A stretch of 54,606 bases of DNA, taken from positions 1 to 54,606 of IMG/VR virus record IMGVR_UViG_3300030107_003944. One strand, 5' to 3'. A program made the position numbers and the translations under genes. Below, piece by piece: positions 45,077 to 54,606 of the stretch (its first letter is position 1; each line of letters begins with the position of its first letter). Origin of the DNA: a virus (Duplodnaviria; Caudoviricetes). The notes under the pieces were generated by a model. It did no database searches. It was given only the letters and a program-made list of their open reading frames with translations, and was not told where the DNA came from.

Positions 45077-45434
45077 GAATGGCTGACGATTCGTTTAAAG
45101 CAAAGAAAATCCTGACTCCGAGTGAACAGCGTTGGTTTTCGATGATCTCAGAAAGTGCGCCAGACAGGGCAGAGCTTCACGAAGCTGGAATGCACTTGAG
45201 CCGAGATGGTAGAACTCTCTACATTAAAGATGAGGATCAGGCGTTTAAATACATAGATGAAACTATACTTAGCGAATCTCGCCCATCAGGCCCTGGAGTA
45301 AGAACCCTCCCGCCCAGCTTTTCGGCAGCTCAGTTCAAAGGGCATTTTATCGGCAAGACTGTTGAGATCCCGCCCGGTGAGACCATTGACCTTGCCTATC
45401 CCTCAGAAGCCCCAAGGAGAGTAAGAATGGCTGA
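45065..45434 (+). repeat. 22-bp direct repeat CAAGGAGAGTAAGAATGGCTGA at 45065-45086 and 45413-45434
   Basis: Two exact copies 348 bp apart, each with SD and ATG. Confidence 0.9.
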
Positions 45435-47286
45435 TAAGACCCCAACGGCCCGTGAACTTCGAATTGCTCAGATGAAACGCAAGCTCGATGAGGCCATTAA
45501 AAATCTCAGCGCTCCTCCAGCGCGAGAACCACCGAAATCTCCCCATCTACGCCCTCCGACTCTCAGCGTAAACTCCTTGGGGATTGACGGTCTGGGGCGG
45601 GCTCATCAGCAGTTTGATAAATATGGCATGTACATGGATGAGGCGGATCAATTAGCCTTCCGAGCAAAACTCGATGAGGCATATGGCCTCGTTACTGATG
45701 AGATGATCAAAAAAGTCGGAGAACAAAAAGCCCGAGCGCGGGCAAAGACCGGCCCAGACTCAGCAACAGAAAAATGGCTCCGAATGGTCGAAAAAAGACG
45801 AGGAGCGCCCGCTGACGCACCCGGAGCCGCTGGGGTATTCGAACGACAACGACGGAAACCGACTCCGGAAAGCGCGGCTCGAAGAGCCCTGGTAAAGAAG
45901 GAAATTGAAGACGCTCGGAGAGCATCAAGTCTTAATCTGGATATGTTCAAAGCGACTGAATTGCTTCCTCTTAGGCAAGAGTTTATCGAAATTAAGATGC
46001 GGAATCCCGAGTTGAGGAAGCTTGGGAGGTCTAAGTGGCTTGAATTTCTCACTGATCCGGAAAAGAGGAATGCTTTCCAAGGTGGTCCTGAGTTTAAAGA
46101 AGCTCTAAGACTTTTCGCAGAGAAGGAAAAGGCGGTCCGGACCTACAGGGCCATGCAGGCGGATGCGACCCGAAGGATAGTAGACCTCGAAGAGAAGTTG
46201 ACTTTACCTCCTACAGGGAAAGGAGGCTCTGCCCCGAAAACAAGAAAGGACCTCCGGGAAGGAGCGGCTGCCCGAGCGCTTGATGTAGATCGCTCTCGTA
46301 AGAAGATGGGGACTGGTTGGATTTCTTCAACTCCAAAAGTACCCCCTTCCTTCACGAAATTCATAACCACAGGAGGCGGGAGAAGAGACCCACTGGGGGA
46401 CGCACATATAGATAAATTAGAGTGGCGACTTAATAGGGCCGTCTCAGATCTCCTAACTCCGGCACAGTGGGGAGAAGACATGGGGATCGAAAATATTCGA
46501 AACCTGAGAGGAGAGTTAGATGCTGCCCTCGCCGATGGTCTTGTGTCTCAAGAGGACCATGCCCTTCTCCAAAAAAAGGTCGGTGAGGCAGAAAATCTCA
46601 TTACTCCTGATATGGAGAAGAGAGTAGGAGAGCGCCAAGCTCGACGGATCGAAAAAGCAGAAAAAAGACTCGCAGCCGCCGAAGAACAACTGTCATCAGC
46701 AACACCGGGGACTCCAGAACACTCGAAAGCTGCTAAGAGGCTTGACGCCGCTAAGAAGCACTTAAAGGTACTCGGGAGGCTCGCGGGAACTGCGGCTGGA
46801 GTTTACGAAGCGAATCTCCTCGCGAAGGACATAAAGGATCATGGTGTCCTGAAGGGTACTGGAGCATATCTCGCGAAAGGTATCGAAGGGACCGGAGAGT
46901 TGGCTCAACTGCCCGAGAAGGCGACTGGGCACATCAAAAAAAGGTGGGAAGATATGGGATATACCGGCGACTCCCTGGGCACACTACCACCCTCCGGCGT
47001 GAGTGCCGCAGACACAGTAGCGGAGTATGTCGGCAAAGCTGGAAGGGGGCTTGAGTGGACCGGAGATAAAATACTGAAAGGTCTCGGAATCCGAGGAGAG
47101 AAGCCCCTGTCGGGACGAGAGCTTATGATGAAGGATGATGACGATGAACTCGAAGACTTGGAACTTCTGTACCCTGAATATGATGATGAGGATGAACCGG
47201 AAGTTCCCATCGATGTGGTAGAAGATCGGAATGGGGCCATTCGGGAAGCATCGAAGAGAGCACTTAGGAAGGGACAGAATCTGTGA
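45079..47286 (+). CDS. Large charged helical protein of unknown function (second in-frame start at 45427)
   Basis: 735 aa with coiled-coil segments and an acidic tail. Confidence 0.7.
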   Translation: MADDSFKAKKILTPSEQRWFSMISESAPDRAELHEAGMHLSRDGRTLYIKDEDQAFKYIDETILSESRPSGPGVRTLPPSFSAAQFKGHFIGKTVEIPPGETIDLAYPSEAPRRVRMADKTPTARELRIAQMKRKLDEAIKNLSAPPAREPPKSPHLRPPTLSVNSLGIDGLGRAHQQFDKYGMYMDEADQLAFRAKLDEAYGLVTDEMIKKVGEQKARARAKTGPDSATEKWLRMVEKRRGAPADAPGAAGVFERQRRKPTPESAARRALVKKEIEDARRASSLNLDMFKATELLPLRQEFIEIKMRNPELRKLGRSKWLEFLTDPEKRNAFQGGPEFKEALRLFAEKEKAVRTYRAMQADATRRIVDLEEKLTLPPTGKGGSAPKTRKDLREGAAARALDVDRSRKKMGTGWISSTPKVPPSFTKFITTGGGRRDPLGDAHIDKLEWRLNRAVSDLLTPAQWGEDMGIENIRNLRGELDAALADGLVSQEDHALLQKKVGEAENLITPDMEKRVGERQARRIEKAEKRLAAAEEQLSSATPGTPEHSKAAKRLDAAKKHLKVLGRLAGTAAGVYEANLLAKDIKDHGVLKGTGAYLAKGIEGTGELAQLPEKATGHIKKRWEDMGYTGDSLGTLPPSGVSAADTVAEYVGKAGRGLEWTGDKILKGLGIRGEKPLSGRELMMKDDDDELEDLELLYPEYDDEDEPEVPIDVVEDRNGAIREASKRALRKGQNL

Positions 47287-47831
47287 GCGATAGTCCCTAC
47301 AAGCAGAAAGCTCCACTCCCTGGACAATCCGTCGATCTCGTTCCGGATGAGAGTCCGATTACGATTGCGGATATGATTCGCCAGGAGGGTGGGAGCATAC
47401 CCAAAGCGATGACAAGACATCGAAATGGAGCGGCTGAAAAGGCGCTCGCTCCCTCAAAGCCCTCCACTCCTTTCGATTGGGAGAAGCTTAGGACAGAAAG
47501 ACTTCCCTTCCTGGACAGCTTCGAGAGTGAAGAAGGAGAGGGATCAGACTCTCCCGATGTCCTTGACGGTCTCACCTCAGAGGAGAGATTAGAGCAAGAT
47601 AGGGAAAAGTTCGGAGAAGTCTTTGACCACAACCGCATCCATAGCATCTCTGTTGGACAAGAATGGCCGAAAGAGAAAAAAGACTGGGCGCACGGTACTT
47701 TTGATCAACTGAAAAAAGACGCTCCGGGCGGAGACTGGCAGCTTACTAATGAAGCAGAGGATGGCACCCTAACTTTCATTGACCTGAAAACTGGACAAGA
47801 GACAGACTACCGCTGGGACGGAGAAGAATGA
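47283..47831 (+). CDS. Hypothetical acidic protein
   Basis: 182 aa, overlap-coupled on both sides. Confidence 0.65.
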   Translation: MSDSPYKQKAPLPGQSVDLVPDESPITIADMIRQEGGSIPKAMTRHRNGAAEKALAPSKPSTPFDWEKLRTERLPFLDSFESEEGEGSDSPDVLDGLTSEERLEQDREKFGEVFDHNRIHSISVGQEWPKEKKDWAHGTFDQLKKDAPGGDWQLTNEAEDGTLTFIDLKTGQETDYRWDGEE

Positions 47832-49531
47832 GCCAAACCAATGCAGCACAGCTTCTGAATACGCTCCGGTCTCCGGCGCATGCTCTTGCTGCATTTGGAG
47901 AAGTTCATGATCAGAAAACGGGACGGTTCGTCAAATACAATCCGACAGCGATTACGGGAAGGCTTCAGTTGGAGGTCCTCGACTATATGTCGAACCCCCC
48001 AAGACTCCCCTCGGGAGAGACGATTTTCCTTACCCTTCTGGGCTACCGTCAGGCGGGAAAAAGCCTCACGACAGAATACGCAGCCTACTGTAAAGCAGCT
48101 TTCATCCCGGGCTGGGACCACGTTTGCATCGCGGATAACCGAGACCGCGCTGACTACCTCCATAAACGTGTTCACTATTTGCACCAACGGTGGCCGAAAG
48201 CTCTCAAATCGCGTTCGATGGCGACCCGAGAAAGCCGACAGCTTACGTTTGACCCCCTACAAGGGGGAAAAATGCGTGTCCTCTCTGCCGAATCGGGAGC
48301 GGTTGGTGTTGGTCAGTCTCCTGACTCTTTCCATGCTTCCGAGTGTCATCTTTGGTCAGACTTCAATGGATCAATGTTCCTCATCAACCCGTCACTCATC
48401 AATAGGCGAGAGGCGCTTGTAGTCTTTGAGGCCACCCCTTGGGAGCGAAACTGTGCTTGGCATGAGCACTATGTGATGGCAAAAAAGGGTGCGGGTAGGC
48501 ACAAGGCCGTATTTTTTCCGTTTTGGGACGGAAAACTCAACTCTCGTGCGACTCCAAAGGACTTCCAGCCCACAAATGAAGAGGTTGGTCTCCTAAATCG
48601 CTATGGTCCCCAGGGGTTGACTACCGACAATCTCACTTTCCGACGATTCATCATGGATACGGACCCTGAAGTCCGCCGAAATCCCGAAATGTTCGGGGTG
48701 ATGTACCCGTTTGACGACATCTCGTGTTGGATTGCGTCGGCAAACTCCGCAATTCCCGAACATGCCCTCAAAAAGCACCTTCAGGCCGACCTAAAACCTT
48801 GGACCGGGCCATATCAAGAGTATGAAGCCCCCCAAGAAGGCGCAATTTACGCGATTGGAGTCGATCCGAGTGGATACGCGGCCCGAGATCACGCTTCATT
48901 CCAGGTTTTGAAGTGTTGGCGCGGAGAATGGACCCAAGTCGCGTGTTTTGCGGAGCATATCGACCCTCTCTCCTTCACAAATCAGCTTGTGAGGACCGCT
49001 AAACGCTATAATAAGGCTCTGATCTGTGTTGAGTCGAATGGTGTCGGTCAATCGGTTTTGGCCCTGTTAGATGACCGAGATTACCCGAATCTGTACTATG
49101 AAGCGAAGTTCAAGGCCGGTTTTACCACTACATCCAAGTCTCTTGACCAAGCAACCGGGTGGGTAATCGATGCATTGATGGATGAACTGGTTTTGAACGA
49201 CCGAGATCTTCTTCAACAGCTACAGACCTACAAAAACGACAAACGCACCGAGGAATCTGCTGCTGCGGAGATTCTTAGAGGGTCTTCCAGCAATCGACGT
49301 CGGGATCGGCACCACTGGGATAAAGTTTCTGCTCTGATGATGGCTGTCGTGGGTGCTCGCTATCTCCCGGTTCGAGACAAACCTGGGACGCGACGAGAAG
49401 AAACGAATGTGCTCATGTTCACTGGGATGAGTTACGATGATCAAGAGAGGTATCGGAAGAAACTCTCAGAAGACAAAGTACCGGCCAGATCTCGCCCAAC
49501 CTATCGATCTGTCCGGAAGAGGAGAAAGTAG
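47828..49531 (+). CDS. terL: Terminase large subunit
   Basis: YRQAGKS (Walker A), FHASE (Walker B), FEATP, RNase H-like AIGVDPSG, VESNGVG, HWDKVSA. Confidence 0.88.
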   Translation: MSQTNAAQLLNTLRSPAHALAAFGEVHDQKTGRFVKYNPTAITGRLQLEVLDYMSNPPRLPSGETIFLTLLGYRQAGKSLTTEYAAYCKAAFIPGWDHVCIADNRDRADYLHKRVHYLHQRWPKALKSRSMATRESRQLTFDPLQGGKMRVLSAESGAVGVGQSPDSFHASECHLWSDFNGSMFLINPSLINRREALVVFEATPWERNCAWHEHYVMAKKGAGRHKAVFFPFWDGKLNSRATPKDFQPTNEEVGLLNRYGPQGLTTDNLTFRRFIMDTDPEVRRNPEMFGVMYPFDDISCWIASANSAIPEHALKKHLQADLKPWTGPYQEYEAPQEGAIYAIGVDPSGYAARDHASFQVLKCWRGEWTQVACFAEHIDPLSFTNQLVRTAKRYNKALICVESNGVGQSVLALLDDRDYPNLYYEAKFKAGFTTTSKSLDQATGWVIDALMDELVLNDRDLLQQLQTYKNDKRTEESAAAEILRGSSSNRRRDRHHWDKVSALMMAVVGARYLPVRDKPGTRREETNVLMFTGMSYDDQERYRKKLSEDKVPARSRPTYRSVRKRRK

Positions 49532-49770
49532 TGGTTACCCCTGAAATCTATCGAGATCCGACGAAAGACTTGGCAGTCGTTGAACTCGCCCCGGGCCTAA
49601 AACTCACGGTTCCCATGAGTTTTTTCGCGAAGTATGGGACACTCCAGATGGACTTAGAAGAAGTGACTCCAGTCTTGGAGGAGCTTTATTCTTTGATCAC
49701 TCTTGTTCCTGTTCAGGGGAATCCTGGAGTAACTTTGAAGGAGGCACTGAAATTCGATGGCTCAAGATGA
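49531..49770 (+). CDS. Hypothetical protein
   Basis: 79 aa, GTG start, SD AAGGAG. Confidence 0.55.
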   Translation: MVTPEIYRDPTKDLAVVELAPGLKLTVPMSFFAKYGTLQMDLEEVTPVLEELYSLITLVPVQGNPGVTLKEALKFDGSR

Positions 49771-49999
49771 AATTCCTCCTTTCGAGAAACCCGATGAACT
49801 GACATCGGAAGATGCCCTCTCCCGACTTCGCAAATATGCTTTGGGAGAGATTCAAAAAAGAACAAGAGAGGCAATGCGACCCTCTCAAATAGAAGTGAGC
49901 GAGGGGGCCATTCCCCAACCGAATCCACTTCCCGAAGGAGACATTGAGGTAGAAGATCCCTTCGAGAGTCCTTATGAATACTTCGAGGATGAAGCCTAA
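49757..49999 (+). CDS. Hypothetical acidic protein
   Basis: 80 aa, SD AAGGAGG, TAATG-coupled to the portal. Confidence 0.6.
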   Translation: MAQDEIPPFEKPDELTSEDALSRLRKYALGEIQKRTREAMRPSQIEVSEGAIPQPNPLPEGDIEVEDPFESPYEYFEDEA

Positions 50000-51852
50000 T
50001 GCTGACAAAGAAACAAATCATCGGCTTGATTGACACTCACAAGAGTCGATCACATATCGATCAACACGAGTGGGACAAGGTCCGCGCGTGGTACACCAGC
50101 CATGCGAATGAGATGGCCACTGACATTCCCCAAGGAGCGTCGGGGCCAAGCTCTGTCTCTGAAGATCTCAGCATGGAGACAAACTATCCATATGCTTTCG
50201 TGGATACGATGGTCGCCAACATCTGTCCAAACAATCCTGAAGTTACGGTGAATGCACGTCGGCGGAATCTTCACGAGCCTGCGAAGTATCGAGAAGCTCT
50301 CATCAATGACACCTTCCGCCGTTCTGGGCTTCACCGCATTCTTTGGCGAGCATCCACGATGGCGAGTGTCTATCCTCGATCATTCGTAAAGGCTGTTTGG
50401 AACTGGCGTAAGCGTTCTCCAGATTTTCTGGTCGTCGATCTTCGACACGTTTGGTTTGATCTTACCGCAGAGAGGTGGGAAGACATCCGGTACTTGATCG
50501 AGGTAACGGTCCTCACTCGTGAGGATTTCAATGCTCGCATCAAAGGAAAGGGAGACAAAGCAGATCGAGCCTATGATCCGAAAGTCGCAGAAAAGGCTAC
50601 CTTTGGCGGGTATCCTGAGTGGCTTCGAGATCGCTTGAAAGATCAGACCATCATGAACGATTCCTCTAAGGAAGTGTTTGAGTGGGTCACGGTCTATGAG
50701 GTTTATGATTTCACAGGAGAGGGGCGGTACTACCACTACATTGAGGAAGAAGAGAATCCGCTTTTCGCAGGAGAGCTTCCTTATCGGTTCTGTCGGAATC
50801 CTTTCTACCGACTTAGTTTCAACGATAATCTTCAGGATATTGGGGGGTTGAGTGATGTCACTCTGATCCAGCCGATCCTTGAGCGGTTGAACGAGTTGGA
50901 CACGCTGATGCTTTGGTTCGCCCAAACATCGATCCCAATCACCATGCTCAACTCCGGGCTGGTAGACAATCCTGAACACATTCGAAGCCAACTACGGAAC
51001 GCCACATCCCCGGGCTCAATCGTAGAGGTTGCAGGAAAAGCGAATGCCTCGATCCAAGACATCATCGGGCACACTCAAACGCCAGGACTTTCCCCAGAGT
51101 TCATCGCAACCCGAGACCGATGCATCCAAATCATTGAATTTATCTTGGGTATTCCGCAATACTCTCGGGGAGTTGTCGGTGTATCTGACGTGGCAACCGA
51201 GGTCGCGCTGGCGGATACTGCGACAAGGACTCGCAACGGTCGTCGGCAGAAAGAAGTCTACGACTTGATCGGATGGCAATCCCAGACAATCATCGGACTC
51301 TATGAGGAGTTCCTCGCAGATGATGAGGTTCTTCCGGTTCGAATGTTGCCAGACGCCCAAGTTGTTGAAATCACTCGGGCATCGATGATGGCTCGCGAGC
51401 TTCTCTCTGCCCGAGGGGAGGAACCTCTGGAGTATGACTATGAAGCCGTGCCTTACTCTCCGACCGAGAACAACCGGCTGGTGCAACTTCGGAACCTCCA
51501 ACAATTCTTCCCGCTTCTCCAGCAGAGCCCCCAAGTTGATCAAAACACCTTGGTCCGTAAGCTCGCAGAACTACTACAAATGCAGGATGTCCTCAAGACT
51601 ACCCAACAGTTGGAGCAAGAAGCGGACGCCGCCGCCCAGGAGGCGCAGGCTGCTCAAGCTAAGTTAGCTCAAGCGCAAGGACAAGCTCAGGGGCAAGATA
51701 CGATTGCTTCTGGGGCGCTTCCTCCAGGAACGGAGCCTCCTCTTCCTCCCAATCCCGCAGGGTTTGGTCCCGGAGGAGGAGAGGGGAGTCCTCTTACTGG
51801 ATTCGGAGGAGCACCCTTTGATCTGAACCCAGACATTCCGAGGAATCAATAA
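49999..51852 (+). CDS. Portal protein
   Basis: 617 aa after terL. GLSDV..I.P...RLNE, ILGIPQYSRG...ATEV, Gln/Ala/Pro-rich tail. Confidence 0.85.
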   Translation: MLTKKQIIGLIDTHKSRSHIDQHEWDKVRAWYTSHANEMATDIPQGASGPSSVSEDLSMETNYPYAFVDTMVANICPNNPEVTVNARRRNLHEPAKYREALINDTFRRSGLHRILWRASTMASVYPRSFVKAVWNWRKRSPDFLVVDLRHVWFDLTAERWEDIRYLIEVTVLTREDFNARIKGKGDKADRAYDPKVAEKATFGGYPEWLRDRLKDQTIMNDSSKEVFEWVTVYEVYDFTGEGRYYHYIEEEENPLFAGELPYRFCRNPFYRLSFNDNLQDIGGLSDVTLIQPILERLNELDTLMLWFAQTSIPITMLNSGLVDNPEHIRSQLRNATSPGSIVEVAGKANASIQDIIGHTQTPGLSPEFIATRDRCIQIIEFILGIPQYSRGVVGVSDVATEVALADTATRTRNGRRQKEVYDLIGWQSQTIIGLYEEFLADDEVLPVRMLPDAQVVEITRASMMARELLSARGEEPLEYDYEAVPYSPTENNRLVQLRNLQQFFPLLQQSPQVDQNTLVRKLAELLQMQDVLKTTQQLEQEADAAAQEAQAAQAKLAQAQGQAQGQDTIASGALPPGTEPPLPPNPAGFGPGGGEGSPLTGFGGAPFDLNPDIPRNQ

Positions 51853-52286
51853 TGCCCACTTATAATGGAAGATGTGATGAGTGCGGAGAGTTCGAGGACA
51901 TGATGAAAGCCAGTGAGTACCTCAAGGCTGGAGGTCTTACTTGTCCTTCCTGCAAGAAGTCGGCGACAACCTTGATTCGCACCGCGCCTGCAATCGTTGG
52001 CCCTCTTCCCTCTAAAACTTTAGAGATCGACCAGATCGGACAGAACTTTTCTTCTCCAGAAGAGAAGAGAGCTTATTTCAACAAGAGAAAAGACCGGGCA
52101 ATCGTAAGTAAGAGTGATTCCCGATGGACTGACCACTATGATGCTGTTCGAAATCAAGCAGATCGAACAGCTAAGTCTCAAGGTTTTCGAGACCATGAAG
52201 ATAAAAAGGGATATTTAACTCGGGAGAAACAGCAGAAAAAGGCTGTGGCTCGCGGGGATAAAAAGATTCAGGTTAGTACTTCGTAA
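51852..52286 (+). CDS. FmdB-like zinc-ribbon protein
   Basis: MPTY...CDEC...CPSC directly after the portal. Confidence 0.75.
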   Translation: MPTYNGRCDECGEFEDMMKASEYLKAGGLTCPSCKKSATTLIRTAPAIVGPLPSKTLEIDQIGQNFSSPEEKRAYFNKRKDRAIVSKSDSRWTDHYDAVRNQADRTAKSQGFRDHEDKKGYLTREKQQKKAVARGDKKIQVSTS

Positions 52287-52327
52287 CTATTCCCTGGGCA
52301 AAATGGCTAAAGTGCCATATCCTTCCC

Positions 52328-52367
52328 TTGACTATCCTTGACGGCTTAGGTAAAACCTCAACATACT
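52328..52367 (+). promoter_or_regulatory. Possible tandem sigma70 promoters for the scaffold/capsid genes
   Basis: TTGACT-N17-TAAAAC and TTGACG-N18-CATACT, with CCTTGAC repeated 10 bp apart. Confidence 0.35.
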
Positions 52368-52379
52368 TTGGAGAATTTC

Positions 52380-52724
52380 ATGGCTAAAGAAAAAATGCCC
52401 TTTATGGAAGAAGAAGTCATGGAGGAAGAAATTTCTCCGGAAGACGAAGCTCTTGAACTTGAGGGTGAAGGTCCTGATGTAGCAATCGATGTCGATGTCG
52501 AAGAAGTCACCGACTTCGCTTCTCCAACAGAAGCTCTTGCGGCTGCAATCGAAGAACATGGTGCGGATGCAGAAGCTTTGATCGCCTGGTTCGATGAGTA
52601 CGGATATGAACTCGTCAAGAAAGGTGATGAAGGAATGGGAATCGAAGAAGAGCCCATGGAGTTGGATCTCATTGCTATGCGGAATCAAGCAGCCTCGAAC
52701 GCATTCCCAGGTGAGATGGCGTGA
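52380..52724 (+). CDS. Very acidic small protein in the head module
   Basis: 114 aa from MAKEK, Glu-rich, SD GGAG. Confidence 0.7.
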   Translation: MAKEKMPFMEEEVMEEEISPEDEALELEGEGPDVAIDVDVEEVTDFASPTEALAAAIEEHGADAEALIAWFDEYGYELVKKGDEGMGIEEEPMELDLIAMRNQAASNAFPGEMA

Positions 52725-53653
52725 GCGAAGAAGTCCCTTCAACTCCTGTAGCGACTCCGGACTCGGCTGTCGCTGCTCAACCTGAGCCCTCCCAGGCGAC
52801 AGCAGACTTGAGCGTTCCCACAGGTGGGGCAGCGGCAGTCCCGGCAGGTGCTCCTGCGGTGACTTCTGCTGACGATCCGTGGCCTACAGTTGAATGGGAC
52901 TCTTGGAATGGAAGCGTAGACACTCTTCCTGAGCAGTACCACGAGACAGTCCGAGGAGTTCGTGGATACTTCGAGCGGGACTTTTCTGATCGAGCAGAAG
53001 AGATCTCAAACCTCCGTTCAATGTATGCAGCAATGCTCAGTGAGGAAGAAGACCCTCGAATCGGTCAACTCACAAATCAGCTTTCTTCTCTACAGGACAA
53101 GTATGAGAAAGAGCAGATCCAATATAAAGAACTCCAAGAACGTTTGAGTTCTACTGAGAACCGAGCAGTCGAAGAATATGTGGATCGTTTCTGGAAAGAC
53201 CATGCGGATCTTTCGGAAGATAAAGAGAAGCTCCAGGTGTTCTCTCAGTTTCTTTTGGAGAAGAATGACTATGGTGGAATGTGGGACGCTTACGTCGCCG
53301 CAGAACTCATGGCCTTCCCTCCTGAGATTATTCAGGTCGCCGTCGATGCAAAGAAAGACGGAGTTTCCGACCAATATGCACTCAAGTTAGCGAAGGCACG
53401 CGCAGAGCTTGAAGAAGTCAGAGCCCAACCAACCGGCCCTTCTCCTGAAGAGGTCGCAGCCGCTCAAGCGAAAGCACAGGCGGAAGCAAAGGCTAAAGCT
53501 CCTCGAACGGGAGCAAAGATCACGAATGGCGCTACTCGATCTTCCCGACCTCAAGTCGCGAAGAAATCGGTGAACGACGCGGATTCGTTAGACGAAATGA
53601 GACTTCTTGCTGCTCGTCGTGCATTTTCTGTGCATGGTGGGGGCAGGAGATAG
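52721..53653 (+). CDS. Capsid scaffolding protein
   Basis: Pro/Ala-rich N-terminus, coiled coil, directly before the capsid gene. Confidence 0.7.
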   Translation: MSEEVPSTPVATPDSAVAAQPEPSQATADLSVPTGGAAAVPAGAPAVTSADDPWPTVEWDSWNGSVDTLPEQYHETVRGVRGYFERDFSDRAEEISNLRSMYAAMLSEEEDPRIGQLTNQLSSLQDKYEKEQIQYKELQERLSSTENRAVEEYVDRFWKDHADLSEDKEKLQVFSQFLLEKNDYGGMWDAYVAAELMAFPPEIIQVAVDAKKDGVSDQYALKLAKARAELEEVRAQPTGPSPEEVAAAQAKAQAEAKAKAPRTGAKITNGATRSSRPQVAKKSVNDADSLDEMRLLAARRAFSVHGGGRR

Positions 53654-54606
53654 CGAGGGATTTCCCTCAAACCCCGTCACCCTAAGAGGAAATAGAAGAT
53701 GGCAATTAGTCCTGATGTAGTCGCAACCGCACTACAGGATCTTGCTCCTGGGTACTCGGAATTGTTCTCCCTTTGGCACCCCCTCATGGAACGGGTTGTG
53801 AAACGGGGCAACGTAGACCGAGCTACTCTGAAAGGTCCATATCGTGAGTTCGTGGTTGTTTCCGGTGGTCCCGGAACCGTCACGCAGGTCCTTACCGGAT
53901 CTGAAATCGTCGCAGGCGGTCGTACCCAATCGGCTCAACGCGGTAACTCCTACGCTCCACGTTTGATTTATGCGTTTGACGTTCCTGGCAAGGATCTCGC
54001 TGAAGCAAACGGCGAAAACGATCTCGCCAAGATCATCAAAGCCTATCCTGAGTTGGCGCTGTCCGATTTCCACGAGCGGATCTCGAACCAGCTTGCTTCC
54101 GGAAACGGCGTTGGTGTCAACGGCTTCTTGACCTTGAACGGTTCTGCGGGTGTTACCTACAACCCCCAAGGAACTGCTCGCACAGGAGCTTTCGAGTTCT
54201 TGAACCAAGCTGCTCAAGTTGCTGGTGGTAGTACGGTCTTTGGACTGAACAAGGCGACTACCGCAGGTTGGTACAACCAATATGGACAGATTGCTTCCTT
54301 TGCGACCGATGGTCGTCAAACGATGCGTCAGGTCTACTACGCTGCAAGTCGTCAAGGCTCTAAGGCAAGTGGTCCTGTTGATCTGCTCCTCGGTGATGAG
54401 ACTTCGTATCTCAACTACATCGACGATCTGGATGATCAGGTTCGCGTGATGCGAGTTGAGGGCGACAAGGCTCCGAAGGCTGTTCGTCAAGGAATCCCCT
54501 TCCTTGAAGCAGACTTCTTCCTTGAGCAGTCCATCAACCTTGGTCAGTTCGCTACTGGTGGATCGAACAACGGTGTTATCTACATGCTCAAGACTGACAC
54601 TTGGCA
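53646..54606 (+). repeat. Imperfect terminal overlap with positions 1-955
   Basis: Identical to positions 1-163, then increasingly divergent, with a net 6-nt insertion. Confidence 0.92.
53699..54606 (+). CDS. Major capsid protein (allele B), truncated by the window end
   Basis: Open frame to the end of the window. The first 129 aa match allele A, then roughly 20 residues differ. Confidence 0.85.
   Translation, partial: MAISPDVVATALQDLAPGYSELFSLWHPLMERVVKRGNVDRATLKGPYREFVVVSGGPGTVTQVLTGSEIVAGGRTQSAQRGNSYAPRLIYAFDVPGKDLAEANGENDLAKIIKAYPELALSDFHERISNQLASGNGVGVNGFLTLNGSAGVTYNPQGTARTGAFEFLNQAAQVAGGSTVFGLNKATTAGWYNQYGQIASFATDGRQTMRQVYYAASRQGSKASGPVDLLLGDETSYLNYIDDLDDQVRVMRVEGDKAPKAVRQGIPFLEADFFLEQSINLGQFATGGSNNGVIYMLKTDTW

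Noticed and set aside
87-54490. Many opposite-strand and alternate-frame ORFs in the track (e.g. 10764-11438, 26229-26888, 33918-34586, 53732-54490)
   Set aside because: They are shadows of well-supported genes and show no recognisable motifs.
53646-54606. DGR template/variable repeat pair
   Set aside because: Differences are mostly synonymous third-position changes of all base types, not adenine-specific, and no reverse transcriptase is present.

Overview
This window is a near-complete, circularly permuted dsDNA tailed-phage genome with a unit length of about 53,645 bp: position 1 recurs at 53,646. It has a podovirus-like layout and two divergent transcription arms that start from a repeat-rich control region at about 43,230-43,690. 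The + arm (43,689 to the window end, then 1 to 24,742) carries the putative small terminase, large terminase, portal, scaffold, major capsid, cement, adaptor, tail nozzle, three paralogous tail proteins, three ejection-type proteins, further virion proteins and a lysis region. The - arm (43,230 down to 24,726) carries an early cassette (MoxR AAA+, vWA-metallopeptidase, DUF6744-like), then primase-helicase, SNF2 helicase, PD-(D/E)XK nuclease, Sak4-like ATPase, SSB, tRNA-Asn, a UDG-fused family A DNA polymerase and an orphan SbcC-like ATPase. I saw no integrase, CRISPR array or reverse transcriptase. The most unusual items are: (1) a tandem pair of DUF2589-like genes, one with a Ser/Thr-rich amphipathic hairpin, sitting between holin-like genes and the endolysin; (2) two divergent major-capsid alleles at the window ends; (3) a 22-bp duplicated stop-RBS-start unit that nests two in-frame proteins; (4) unannotated hydrophobic micropeptides coupled to the MoxR cassette; (5) several strand-specific structured RNA elements. 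All family assignments come from motif recognition by eye, with no database search.
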